Source of the DNA: Candidatus Thorarchaeota archaeon
GTDB lineage: Archaea > Asgardarchaeota > Thorarchaeia > Thorarchaeales > Thorarchaeaceae
Reading direction: 5' to 3'
NCBI GenBank assembly: GCA_038893995.1
Contig: JAWAQK010000005.1
Coordinates: 5,947-69,946 of the forward strand
Length of the DNA: 64,000 nucleotides
This document shows positions 1-9,929 of the stretch, in pieces. Position 1 is the stretch's first letter, and each line of letters begins with the position of its first letter. The translations under genes were made by a program, and so were the position numbers. The notes beneath the pieces are model-generated. The model did no database searches. It had not been told where the DNA came from and worked only from the letters and a program-made list of their open reading frames with translations.

Positions 1-129
1 AAACATTTCGTGTTCGGATTATCCTTTCCGATTCTGGGCCCTGCAGGGAAACTTGTGGTCTCTTGCAAAGCTCATCCAGATACTCTTCAAGATCGATTTG
101 GGGTTCTACCTTGTGTGTCACATATGCAG

Positions 130-1278
130 TCAGATCACATATGACAAGTCGTTGTTCCCTCGCAGATTCCTCAACACGGATTCTACCGTTTCTGATGAGA
201 TACGGTCCTTCTTCTCCGCTATCGCTATGTGAAGTGATTCCTTGATGACTCTGTCTCTCAAGTCTCTTCCAGACAGTCCCTCTGTCATCGCAGCGACTCT
301 TCTGATGTCAATGTCTATGGGAATAGGCAATCTCTTTGCATAGAGTTCCAGAATCCGGGCCCGTTCGTCAATGGTGGGAAGTTTAAACTCGAATACTGCA
401 TCGAATCTGCTTCTGAGTGCGGGATCTATGAGTGCAGGTGCATTGGTTGCTCCGATGACAACCACTCCTGACTCCTCTCCCGTCCTGTCCATCTCACTCA
501 GCAGTGCAGTGACCACCTCGGAAACATCTCCCCTTATGGACTGAAATGACCTCGACAGACCGATTGCATCGAGTTCGTCCAAGAATACGACACACGGCGC
601 AAGCCGACGAGCATCCTCAAAGAGAGCACTTATCCTTCTTCCTCCGTCACCGACATGAACCCCAATCATATCTGACGCCTTGGTGAGAATTATCCGTGCA
701 TTGGCATGACTTGCAAGCGCCCTTGCAGTCATCGACTTGCCTGTTCCTGGACTTCCATAGAACAAGATGGCACGGGGAGCCCATTCTCCAAACTTCTTAG
801 GGTCTTCGAGATACCTGAGAATTAGCTGGCATTTCTGCTTGACCGACTCGTGACCAATGATGTCATCAAAACACAACTTTCGACTCAGCGTCTGGGTGAG
901 ATCCGGGCCTGTAGTCTGTAACACTATGTCTGTGTGTCTTGTGATGACTGCCTCCGGGGGTTCAACCTCCATTACTTGGAATGCAAAATCCGGCATGACG
1001 TATCGGTCGAACAGATAGATTCCTGTTCTCACTATACTTCCTATCCACTGCTCTCGTGCGTACTCTGTGAATAACTCAATTGAATCAACCTCCAGTCCTC
1101 CCGGCTTTGGATCTCCCCTCAGTCTGAAGGGATAACCAACTTCCCTGAGTACGAGTCTGGTTGCTCCGGGAACTTCCGCACCATGTCCCTTGGAGTTCTT
1201 CTTGGTAGACCCTCGGACGTTTGTCTGAGTCTTCGCCCCGGACTCATCCTGTCTGGTCAACTTACCACTTTCCACCAC
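130..1278 (-). CDS. AAA+ ATPase with a CDC48-like N-domain and a single AAA module
   Basis: Walker A GSPGTGKS, Walker B VVFLDELD, SRH region; N-terminal double-psi-barrel-like segment; GTG start. Confidence 0.75.
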   Translation of the reverse strand: MVESGKLTRQDESGAKTQTNVRGSTKKNSKGHGAEVPGATRLVLREVGYPFRLRGDPKPGGLEVDSIELFTEYAREQWIGSIVRTGIYLFDRYVMPDFAFQVMEVEPPEAVITRHTDIVLQTTGPDLTQTLSRKLCFDDIIGHESVKQKCQLILRYLEDPKKFGEWAPRAILFYGSPGTGKSMTARALASHANARIILTKASDMIGVHVGDGGRRISALFEDARRLAPCVVFLDELDAIGLSRSFQSIRGDVSEVVTALLSEMDRTGEESGVVVIGATNAPALIDPALRSRFDAVFEFKLPTIDERARILELYAKRLPIPIDIDIRRVAAMTEGLSGRDLRDRVIKESLHIAIAEKKDRISSETVESVLRNLRGNNDLSYVI

Positions 1279-1346
1279 TCTTCCTGTTCAGGCGGTATCC
1301 TTTAAGAGTTGTCTTGGGTATACTCAGTCAGCTTGACGTGGTGCCT

Positions 1347-1922
1347 ATGAGTGAAACCGAGCGCGTAAGGGCCTTCCTGAGCATAGACATAGATGATGAT
1401 ACACTTCTGACACGAATATCCTATTTGCAACGACTGCTTGATACTGACTGTGCTAGACTCAAGCTAATCGACAGAGATGATATCCATTTCACCCTCCGGT
1501 TCTTTGGTGACATAAGTAGAGGGATGGTCGAGAAAATGCATGACTGTCTTGATGGGTTCCAGTTTCATCCCTTTGACATCACCATCTCTGGAGTTGGGGC
1601 ATTTCCAAGCGCAGCCCGACCTAATGTCGTTTGGGTCGGCGTATCGAGGAATCGTGAATTGATGGTCCGGCTCAAAGAACAGATCGATGAGTCCCTAAGA
1701 ACGCTCGGATTCCCATCAGACGCCAGATTCGCGCCGCATGCCACCATTGCGAGAGTTCGGAGTGTTGTTGATCGTAATCGTTTTCGCGAGAACCTGGCCT
1801 CGCTCTTGAGAGAAGAGGTAGGAACAATGGTCGTCACTAACTTCCGGCTTACACAGAGCGTATTGACACCATCAGGGCCCATCTACAACACCCTTTGGGA
1901 GATACCTGCAACTCGAATGTGA
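1347..1922 (+). CDS. thpR: RNA 2',3'-cyclic phosphodiesterase / 2'-5' RNA ligase, 2H phosphoesterase family (LigT/ThpR)
   Basis: two H-x-T/S-x motifs (HFTLRF and HATIAR); ORF extends to 1221 but internal ATG at 1347 avoids overlap with the upstream gene. Confidence 0.75.
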   Translation: MSETERVRAFLSIDIDDDTLLTRISYLQRLLDTDCARLKLIDRDDIHFTLRFFGDISRGMVEKMHDCLDGFQFHPFDITISGVGAFPSAARPNVVWVGVSRNRELMVRLKEQIDESLRTLGFPSDARFAPHATIARVRSVVDRNRFRENLASLLREEVGTMVVTNFRLTQSVLTPSGPIYNTLWEIPATRM

Positions 1923-2014
1923 TCCATTGACATTGGCAACTGGTGTTCATCGAATTGCTTATACGCAGTCATGGTTCTCCCAGCCCATAAACGCCTCCGG
2001 AGTATGACCAGGAG

Positions 2015-3700
2015 ATGGTAGATACAGGCAATAAGACCCCCGCATTTGTTGTGGTGACCGGCGGCGTGCTCTCGGGCATTGGAAAGGGTGTGACTACAGC
2101 ATCCATCGCAAAGTTATTTCAGTTCCGCGGCTACAGCGTCCGCATAGTCAAGATCGACCCCTACCTCAACATAGATCCTGGTACACTCAACCCCGTAGAA
2201 CACGGCGAGGTTTTTGTGACCGATGGGACTTGGATCTTTCACCCATTCAGAGACTTCGAGTTCAAGATATCCGAGATTGACCTTGATTTTGGCACATACG
2301 AGAGGTTTACGGGACTTGATGTTCATCCGTCCCAGAACATAACATCTGGTCAGATCTACCTGTCAGTCATTCTTGAAGAAAGAAAAGGACGTTTTCTTGG
2401 TCGGACTGTTCAGATCATCCCCCATGTCACTGACCACATCAAACAGAGGATTTGGGACGTGGTGCATGAGAGTCATCCTGATGTCCTGTTGATAGAGATC
2501 GGTGGTACTGTGGGCGACATTGAGGCGATGCCCTTTCTGGAGGCAATACGGCAACTCACAATGGATGTTGGACGAAACCATGTTGCGCTCGTGCATGTCA
2601 CATACGTGCCCTATGTCAAATCTGTGGGGGAGTTCAAGACCAAACCAACACAACATAGCGTGCGTGCTCTCCAGGGCCTTGGATTGCAACCAGATGTGAT
2701 CGTGTGTAGAGCGGAACTAGAGTTAGATGAATCCTTGATGGCAAAGATCGCACTGTTCTGCAACGTGCCACGAAACAGAGTGATCTCTAACCCAGATACG
2801 CCGGTGATCTATAGCATCCCCCTCCTATTCGAGAAACAGGGACTGGGTTCTGCACTTGTTGAGCATCTTGGTCTTGAGAGCAGGCCTGCTGATGTGGGTC
2901 CATGGGCGAAGATCGTGGAATCCTTTGTAAATGCAAAGGATACCATCGTCATTGCAATGCCAGGGAAGTATACTCGATTGGAAGACTCCTACAAGAGTAT
3001 CAGCGAGGCGCTGCAGCATGCTTCTGCTGCTCTTGGGGTCAGAGTGAACGTGAAATGCATTGAAACTGACGAACACACCTGTGAGTTCTTTCGGTCTGAG
3101 TTTGAGTCCGTCGATGGAGTGCTACTCACACCCGGATTTGGAAACCGCGGTGTCGAGGGGATGATCAGTGCAGCTTCTGCAACACTCAACCTGAATCTGC
3201 CGTTTCTGGGAATATGCTACGGTGCTCAACTGGGCGTAGTCGCATTTGCCAGAACACGGATGGGGTGGAACGGTGCCCACACAACAGAAGTTGACCCCGA
3301 TAGTCTGTACCCCGTTGTAGATCTGATGGACGAACAACGGACAACCAAGGAGAAGGGCGGTACCATGCGTCTAGGTGGACATCCAGTACACATAGTGGAG
3401 GGCACTCATCTACACAGACTCTATGGAGAAAGAGTAGTGCGCGAAAGATTCCGGCACAGATATCACCTGATTCAGAGATATATTGGGAAGATGACTGACA
3501 AGGGCTTGATAGTTTCTGCCTACGATGAAACTGGTTCCATCATCAATGCTGTTGAATTGCGTGAACATCCCTTCTGGATTGGGGTGCAGTTCCATCCAGA
3601 GTTCAAATCGCGGCCAGATCGTCCTCATCCACTTTATGTGGGTCTAATAAGAGCAGCACTGGAACACAAGAGAGCGAGAGTGGAATCGCGTGGAGAATGA
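2015..3700 (+). CDS. pyrG: CTP synthase
   Basis: N-terminal synthetase domain ([13 protein letters not shown]) and C-terminal class-I glutamine amidotransferase (GICYGAQL); 561 aa. Confidence 0.95.
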   Translation: MVDTGNKTPAFVVVTGGVLSGIGKGVTTASIAKLFQFRGYSVRIVKIDPYLNIDPGTLNPVEHGEVFVTDGTWIFHPFRDFEFKISEIDLDFGTYERFTGLDVHPSQNITSGQIYLSVILEERKGRFLGRTVQIIPHVTDHIKQRIWDVVHESHPDVLLIEIGGTVGDIEAMPFLEAIRQLTMDVGRNHVALVHVTYVPYVKSVGEFKTKPTQHSVRALQGLGLQPDVIVCRAELELDESLMAKIALFCNVPRNRVISNPDTPVIYSIPLLFEKQGLGSALVEHLGLESRPADVGPWAKIVESFVNAKDTIVIAMPGKYTRLEDSYKSISEALQHASAALGVRVNVKCIETDEHTCEFFRSEFESVDGVLLTPGFGNRGVEGMISAASATLNLNLPFLGICYGAQLGVVAFARTRMGWNGAHTTEVDPDSLYPVVDLMDEQRTTKEKGGTMRLGGHPVHIVEGTHLHRLYGERVVRERFRHRYHLIQRYIGKMTDKGLIVSAYDETGSIINAVELREHPFWIGVQFHPEFKSRPDRPHPLYVGLIRAALEHKRARVESRGE

Positions 3701-4844
3701 CCTTGACAGTGTGTTGTACAGATTGGTCAAGGAACTTGAACACATCGAGGGCTCTCGGGCTCGTTTCGGTCAAGTACTACGGAAGATAAAGACCCAGATT
3801 GACCTAGGCCATTATCGATCCATTGCATCAAGCACCATTGAGCATGCTCTTGTTAGTAGGGTGGATCCCACTTCGTTAGCAGGATTGCGCATCGTAGGAA
3901 TTGACGGCGGCTTGGCCCGCCGGAGTTTCAGAGCGATGGACTTGATCATCACACGGGGCATCGCAGTCATCTTTCGATTTGGCCCCCCCGAGGGTCCTGA
4001 TGTGGAGTTCTATCCCGGTCCATTTCCCCCACCACAAGTGACTCCTCTCATGTTGACGCTGTCAAGTACTGAGCTTGATCAGATGGCCACCCTTGAGAGG
4101 ATAGCAACTGAGCTCCGGGTCGCTCTCTCGGTCCTCGACCAGTTTGAAGTAGATGTGATCTTGATGGATGGTGGTCTTTTCTTTCATCCGAGAGACCGGC
4201 CTCCGCCTTCCTCACCGGTGTATGAGAAGTTTCAGGAGGTCATGGCACTCTACAGACAGCTATATCTCGCCACAAGAAGAAAGCAAGTTGTGCTCGTTGG
4301 TATAGTCAAGGATAGTCGTTCTACAAGAATTGTCAACATGTTGGGAGAGATCCTTCCTCATGTTCTACGTGACCCGTCCGTTTTCAAGATGATGGAGGGC
4401 ATAGACTACCGACGCCTACTGAAGATCTCCCGAGACTGTGATCTACTTGATACCTTTCTTGACGAGACCGAGAGGACCTTCATCTTCAACTACTCATCCG
4501 AACTCATGCACGCAACTGGTGGAGGCCAAGACGACCTTCAGCAATGGGCCTCCGATATCTGGATCTCGTATCTTCGCACAGCAAGGAACGATCTGCCGAT
4601 TAGAGCAGAAGTGCTGGTTGATGGCGATCCAGTGGGTCAAATGGAGCGCGCCCTTCGGGTTGTGCTTCCCCTGGCCAGGCGCCATCCTGAGTATGGACTA
4701 CCCGCACCTGTTCTTGAAGCTGATGCTAGAGCAAGGATCTCAAGTCATGAAGCACAGCTCATAATGGACCGACTGATGGCAATGTCTGGTCTTAGACACA
4801 TGCTACTTGGAAAAAGACGTTCCAGAAACCCATTCGGGGGTTGA
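3690..4844 (+). CDS. nurA: NurA-family 5'-3' nuclease
   Basis: GIDGG motif near N-terminus, NurA-like length; directly upstream of HerA; GTG start overlaps pyrG stop by 11 nt. Confidence 0.65.
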   Translation: MENDLDSVLYRLVKELEHIEGSRARFGQVLRKIKTQIDLGHYRSIASSTIEHALVSRVDPTSLAGLRIVGIDGGLARRSFRAMDLIITRGIAVIFRFGPPEGPDVEFYPGPFPPPQVTPLMLTLSSTELDQMATLERIATELRVALSVLDQFEVDVILMDGGLFFHPRDRPPPSSPVYEKFQEVMALYRQLYLATRRKQVVLVGIVKDSRSTRIVNMLGEILPHVLRDPSVFKMMEGIDYRRLLKISRDCDLLDTFLDETERTFIFNYSSELMHATGGGQDDLQQWASDIWISYLRTARNDLPIRAEVLVDGDPVGQMERALRVVLPLARRHPEYGLPAPVLEADARARISSHEAQLIMDRLMAMSGLRHMLLGKRRSRNPFGG

Positions 4845-4851
4845 AATAGGG

Positions 4852-6366
4852 ATGAATCGCCAGCACTCTCGTTTGGGCACAGTCATATGCACAGAGCGTA
4901 CTCCCAGTGTGACAGAGTTCAGCTTCGTTGTTGAGGGCGAACCAGATGAGATTGTCGTGGGGAGAGGACAGTATGTCGCTGTGCCTATGTCAGATGGTCT
5001 AGTCATTGCTAGAGTCCAGAACCTGCTTGGGATGAACAGGTACTACCAACATGCTGAGGCAGTTCGCGAGTATCAGTCCCATGGTGAACCTTTACGAACA
5101 ATCTTCCCCACTGATCGGTGGCAGTACACGGTTGCAGAAACCCGCGTCTTGGGCTATTGGCGCGATGGTCGTTCTGTACGACCATACTTTGTGGTTCCAC
5201 CAGGTTCCATCGTCCGTCCCGTCGACGAGTCCGTTCTCTCAAAGTTTCTTGGTCTCGATCCCGAACACGGTTTGAAACTTGGTCGTCTTACAGACCACGA
5301 GATAGACTTCTGCCCGACATTGCAAGGTCTGCTTTCAAAACACATGGCTATCCTGGCAATGAGTGGAGCTGGGAAGTCCTACTTTGTTTCGGTCCTCATT
5401 GAGGAACTATTATCGAGACGCGAAGCTGACGGACGTCTCGCGACAGTGCTGGTAGATGTCCATGGTGAATACTCGTATCTTACAAAGATGACTCCGAACG
5501 ATCTGGGTCTTCCCGAAGGGTCAGTTGACATCGACCACATTCGTGGTTCACACATTCAGATCCCAGTAAACTCCCTCAGCGCAGAAACACTGGCATCATT
5601 CGTTTCAGACATGAGTCCCATTCAGCTGCGGGATCTGAGGAGGGTCCTTACAGAGGCTCGAAACAGAACGGACCTCCTCACTCTGTCTGACATTGCAACT
5701 ATTATCTCCGAAGATGGGAAAATCAGCAAGAATACTCGCGACGCATTAGTCGGCTGGATCCTGGGCCTTGAGGATACAGGTCTCTTTGGCAAGGAGGCGC
5801 TCCCTGAACTCGTCAGTTCGATCCGACCCGGCAGAGTGACCCTTATTGACCTCAGCGACTTTGTTTCGATGAAGAAGAAACAGATCATTGTGTCCTATCT
5901 TGCAGGAGAGCTGCTCAATCTCAGGCGACGAGGTCTCATCCCCCCGTTCTTACTGATCCTAGAGGAGGCGCATCAGTTCTGTCCGGAAGGCCGTCATGAG
6001 CTGGCTCTTCCACGACCCCAGATTGAAACCATTGCTCGGGAGGGTCGCAAGTTCTTTGCACTTTTGTGCCTCGTATCTCAACGACCCGTCCGTCTGTCAA
6101 CTACTGTACTCAGTCAGTGCAACACTCACGCAATCTTCAGAACAACAAACCCATATGATCTGGAGCACATTGGGAGGAGCAGCGAAGGCATCGACAAAGA
6201 GTCGCTTGAGATGATAACGACTCTGAGTGTCGGTGAGGCTCTATTTGTTGGCGAGGCAGTCACAGTACCGACTTTTGTCAGGATTCGAAAGCGCAAGTTT
6301 GAACCCGAATCTGCCAAGTCGCTGGAAGAAACTCTGAGAGCAGTCAGTCGTCAATGGTCTGTGTAG
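4852..6366 (+). CDS. herA: HerA-family DNA helicase/ATPase (FtsK/HerA superfamily)
   Basis: N-terminal HAS barrel, Walker A SGAGKS, Walker B LLILEEAH; ORF opens at 4807 but ATG 4852 follows a GGGGG RBS and avoids overlap. Confidence 0.8.
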   Translation: MNRQHSRLGTVICTERTPSVTEFSFVVEGEPDEIVVGRGQYVAVPMSDGLVIARVQNLLGMNRYYQHAEAVREYQSHGEPLRTIFPTDRWQYTVAETRVLGYWRDGRSVRPYFVVPPGSIVRPVDESVLSKFLGLDPEHGLKLGRLTDHEIDFCPTLQGLLSKHMAILAMSGAGKSYFVSVLIEELLSRREADGRLATVLVDVHGEYSYLTKMTPNDLGLPEGSVDIDHIRGSHIQIPVNSLSAETLASFVSDMSPIQLRDLRRVLTEARNRTDLLTLSDIATIISEDGKISKNTRDALVGWILGLEDTGLFGKEALPELVSSIRPGRVTLIDLSDFVSMKKKQIIVSYLAGELLNLRRRGLIPPFLLILEEAHQFCPEGRHELALPRPQIETIAREGRKFFALLCLVSQRPVRLSTTVLSQCNTHAIFRTTNPYDLEHIGRSSEGIDKESLEMITTLSVGEALFVGEAVTVPTFVRIRKRKFEPESAKSLEETLRAVSRQWSV

Positions 6367-6538
6367 CGGAGATGTTTCAGGACGCCAGGGATATCATTGT
6401 ATGGACCAAGGTCATCAGCTCCGGACATGCGTCCGACGGAATGCCATTTCGCGTCCCTATCGGTCGAAACAACACTTCCCAGAACGCCAGACACATAACC
6501 ATTTGACATCTCTTTCTGTGTCAGGAGGCAGAGTATTG

Positions 6539-7951
6539 ATGACCTCTGAAACACAGCCCCCTCGCCTGTTCGGTACATCAGGAATTCGAGGAGGTCTTGA
6601 GAGGGTTAGCACAGAACTAGCACTTGATCTGGGTCGTTCACTAGGAACGAGTCTGAGTCCTGGTGCCTGTGTCAGCATTGGTACTGATGCCAGAGAGTCC
6701 GGAGCCATGCTGCTGAGTGCATTTGTGGCAGGTGTGCAGTCCGCCGGAGTCAATGTCCTACTCCTTGGACTTGTGCCGATGCCCCTGGCCGCATTCTACA
6801 GCACTTACCCCAACATCTCTGTTTCTGTAATGTTGACGGCTAGTCACAATCCTCCCTCAGACAATGGCTTCAAGTTCTTTAGGAATGGTCGTGAGTTCAT
6901 AAGATCCGAGGAGATCTTGATAGAACAGGTCGTCCGTGAGAAGAGTTTCAGGACGGCTCCATGGACCATGATTGGCCACACTATGCAAAGAGAGGCCAAG
7001 GATGAATACTTACATCATCTCCTAGATTTCCTGCGCTCTCGGGGTGGAGTCGCCGATGGGATGAGGGTGGTTATCGATTCCGCGAATGGCGCCGCCACGA
7101 ACTATACACCATCCTTGCTGGAAAACTTGGGTTTCGCAGTCGTCACTATGAACTCTCATATTGACGGATGGTTTCCTGGTCGTCCTCCTGAGCCATCTCC
7201 AGCAAATCTTGCAGAAACTATGGATGTTGCGCGTGAACTTGGGGCGGGTGTCACGATCTGCCACGATGGCGACGGCGATCGACTCGCAGTCATAGATGAG
7301 AGAGGACAGTTTGTGGACCAGAATAGAGTCATCGCACTCTTTGCAAAGAGTGAGCTGGAGCGCGTGGGTGGCGGTAAGGTTGTCGTTTCTATTGATACAT
7401 CGAGTGTAATTGATGAGATTGTGAACTCCTGCGGAGGTGAACTGGTCCGTGTACCACTCGGGTCTTTACAATACGAGATCGCTCGAGATACCAATCACGA
7501 AATCGTCTTTGCATCGGAACCCTGGAAGCCAATATTTCTGGAATCTGGTGGGTGGATGGATGGTATACTGGGAGCTGCCCGATTTGCACAACTCACATAT
7601 ACAGACGGAAATGGGAAGTGCACAATGCTAATGAGAGGAATTCCTGAGTATCCAGTTCTCCGAGAACAGATTCACTGCCCCGACGAACTAAAGTCCGATT
7701 TCATGAAGAGTGTTAGGACACTTCTGAAATCAGAGGTATCAAACATAGACAAGGTTCTCGAGGTTGATGGTATCCGAATTGACCGTGCGGACGGTTCCTA
7801 TGTTCTTGTACGTGTTTCCGGAACTGAGCCCAAGGCGCGAGTGTACATTGGCGCGAGAACGAGGGAAACTCTGGACAAGCTCCGTCAGATCTCTCAACGC
7901 ATAATGGAACAATCCCTTGGGCAAGCAAGAGCAATGAAACATGGTGGCTGA
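6539..7951 (+). CDS. phosphoglucosamine/phosphomannomutase (alpha-D-phosphohexomutase family)
   Basis: GTSGIRG, catalytic TASHNP, Mg-binding CHDGDGDR; GGAGG RBS 11 nt upstream of ATG 6539. Confidence 0.85.
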   Translation: MTSETQPPRLFGTSGIRGGLERVSTELALDLGRSLGTSLSPGACVSIGTDARESGAMLLSAFVAGVQSAGVNVLLLGLVPMPLAAFYSTYPNISVSVMLTASHNPPSDNGFKFFRNGREFIRSEEILIEQVVREKSFRTAPWTMIGHTMQREAKDEYLHHLLDFLRSRGGVADGMRVVIDSANGAATNYTPSLLENLGFAVVTMNSHIDGWFPGRPPEPSPANLAETMDVARELGAGVTICHDGDGDRLAVIDERGQFVDQNRVIALFAKSELERVGGGKVVVSIDTSSVIDEIVNSCGGELVRVPLGSLQYEIARDTNHEIVFASEPWKPIFLESGGWMDGILGAARFAQLTYTDGNGKCTMLMRGIPEYPVLREQIHCPDELKSDFMKSVRTLLKSEVSNIDKVLEVDGIRIDRADGSYVLVRVSGTEPKARVYIGARTRETLDKLRQISQRIMEQSLGQARAMKHGG

Positions 7952-8225
7952 TATTCGTTATCAGCTGCTTCGTGGCTTAAGAATCTGATTACACTCATTG
8001 TGTGGCCCTTGTCTGTCTTGTGCAAAGGCGTCCTCGTGACGTTTCCCTGGTCGTTTCGCCCCTTACCCCTGCGACAGCCTGTTCATTTGTCTCGTGATAC
8101 CTCATTTCCGTCCTTACTCCCATTTCCGACAACGTCGGTGGTATCTTTCAGGTCTGTAACGATCCCAACGGCCATAACCCAGACAACAAATCCTTAAGTC
8201 GCCCCCTGCATGCCTCTCCTACACC

Positions 8226-8576
8226 ATGTCTGATAGCACTGATACCGCAGTCCGACGAATGGCCGAGTTACTTCGACGCGGTGCCACGATGCTTGCAGAT
8301 CCCTGCCCCCAGTGCGGTGCTCCCCTGATGAGGGTGGACAAGGACCTTTATTGTGCGAGATGTGACAGAAATGTAGTCGTTGTGAGGGAGGGTCAACAGG
8401 TTGATCTACAGACATTGAAGAGTCTGCTTCCTGGCGTCCGCGAAACAGTTCTACGTAAGATTCGTTTGATGAACGAGATGATTGATAAAGAAGCCAACCC
8501 GGATGCTCTTCTGAGGCTCCTGAAGATCATGTTATTACTTCTTCAAGTACTTCACAATCTTGAGGACTCCAGATGA
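8226..8576 (+). CDS. zinc-ribbon protein, SSSCA1/UPF0148-like
   Basis: CPQCGAPL...CARCD C4 ribbon followed by a helical tail. Confidence 0.55.
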   Translation: MSDSTDTAVRRMAELLRRGATMLADPCPQCGAPLMRVDKDLYCARCDRNVVVVREGQQVDLQTLKSLLPGVRETVLRKIRLMNEMIDKEANPDALLRLLKIMLLLLQVLHNLEDSR

Positions 8577-8607
8577 GCGGCTTCCTGGCGTGAGAAACAA
8601 TGATCGT

Positions 8608-9243
8608 CTACTCTTGCTGACCTCGTCGGAGTCTTGCTCTCCTGGCCTTCACTTCTTCAGGTCCTTTCAACACCTTGCATTTACGGATCTCACACTGTCT
8701 GAGTGGTATTATTGTCTTGACTCGCTCCCGGACCTCACTCGCTAACTCTCCCATGACAACCTTCTCAACCAGCTCATCAAAGGTATGCTTCTTTGCGTGT
8801 GTGACTATGACCCCCTCAATCTCCTTTCTGACTGCATGCTCTTGGCTTGTCTTGATGCGATTTGTGGTGAACACTATCACCGAGATACGTATCAGATAGT
8901 CATCTTTTGTAAGTATAGGGCCAATCCAGTCAATTCTTGAAGTACCTCTTCTTACTAGCCCTCTGAGGTAGTCCGAACTCCACTCATGACCGTAGAAAAC
9001 AGTCTTCGCCTGTTGACCTACCACGTCGATTATCTTGAGTCTGAGCTTCACATGAACCTGATTCGGATCTCCAGTCACATCCTTCAGTGTTGGTTCCACG
9101 GTCCGTCCAATGAGGAATGCTGGATCACTTGCAGGAGTACTTCCTACTACCTTGTTGTTGAAGTAATCGGGCGCTACAATGTCGTACCATTGCTTCTCTC
9201 TCCAAGTGTCCCTTGTCTTCGTTGTTGTCTGCTTGGATGACAT
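8608..9243 (-). CDS. rps3ae: 30S ribosomal protein S3Ae (eS1)
   Basis: KQWYDIVAP...F N-terminal signature, 211 aa. Confidence 0.9.
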   Translation of the reverse strand: MSSKQTTTKTRDTWREKQWYDIVAPDYFNNKVVGSTPASDPAFLIGRTVEPTLKDVTGDPNQVHVKLRLKIIDVVGQQAKTVFYGHEWSSDYLRGLVRRGTSRIDWIGPILTKDDYLIRISVIVFTTNRIKTSQEHAVRKEIEGVIVTHAKKHTFDELVEKVVMGELASEVRERVKTIIPLRQCEIRKCKVLKGPEEVKARRARLRRGQQE

Positions 9244-9438
9244 TCTGGAAGATCACGCTCAGAGCAGTAATCGGTGCTTTTGCTGCGGGCATACACCCAT
9301 CGAATCGATATCGTGCAGCCTCAGACCGGCCTAATGGTCTGCAAATAAAAAGGTTGTGAAAGTAGGCGGACTTCATGACTCGTGAGCAACGTAAACTAGA
9401 TATTGCTGGGTGGGCTTGGCTTTCAGGGGTCTTGCAAG

Positions 9439-9579
9439 ATGGAGAATGTTCGGTGTACACGATGCGGTTACAATGACGTCGCGCTCGTGAAAAGAGAACT
9501 GATGCCAAAAGGCGGTTTCAAGAAGACCTATCGTTGCCCCAGATGCAGCCATGTATGGACTGACCCAGCCAATACCTGA
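9439..9579 (+). CDS. 46-aa stand-alone TFIIS-type zinc ribbon protein (not in the ORF track, below 60 aa)
   Basis: MENVRCTRCGYNDVALVKRELMPKGGFKKTYRCPRCSHVWTDPANT; C-x2-C-x21-C-x2-C-H-x-W matches the TFS/Rpb9 C-terminal ribbon; TATA-like AAATAAAAAGG upstream. Confidence 0.45.
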   Translation: MENVRCTRCGYNDVALVKRELMPKGGFKKTYRCPRCSHVWTDPANT

Positions 9580-9632
9580 TTCCTTCTATGAAAACCATTA
9601 TATTCCATGTATTGCCGAAAGATCGCATCACT

Positions 9633-9720
9633 GCGGAGGTTGCCAAGCCTGGTCAAAGGCGCTGGACTTAGGATCCAGTCTCGAAGGAGTTCACGAGTTC
9701 GAATCTCGTCCTCCGCACCA
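9633..9720 (+). tRNA. tRNA-Leu (anticodon UAG), intronless, CCA encoded
   Basis: acceptor GCGGAGG/CCTCCGC, 3-bp D stem, loop CTTAGGA, long variable arm TCTCGAAGGAGTTC, T-loop TTCGAAT. Confidence 0.85.
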
Positions 9721-9929
9721 TCTGAACGAACTCCCAATGTGTGACTGTTCTCGTGTGATGATCTGGTATTGTTTCTGCTCGTCCGAGGTTGTGAAACCAT
9801 AAGCCCTACGCATACCATGATGGTGTGCGGGCATCATGGACGTCAGTCCTGATCCAGGACTGTACTGACCGGAGACCCTCTCCTAGTGTATCAAAAAGAG
9901 AAGGAGAGAGAGCCCTCTCTCTCCGAAAC

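Noticed and set aside
9528-9818. ORFs 9528-9818 (-) and 9551-9802 (+)
   Set aside because: They overlap a well-formed tRNA-Leu(UAG) and have no protein-like composition.
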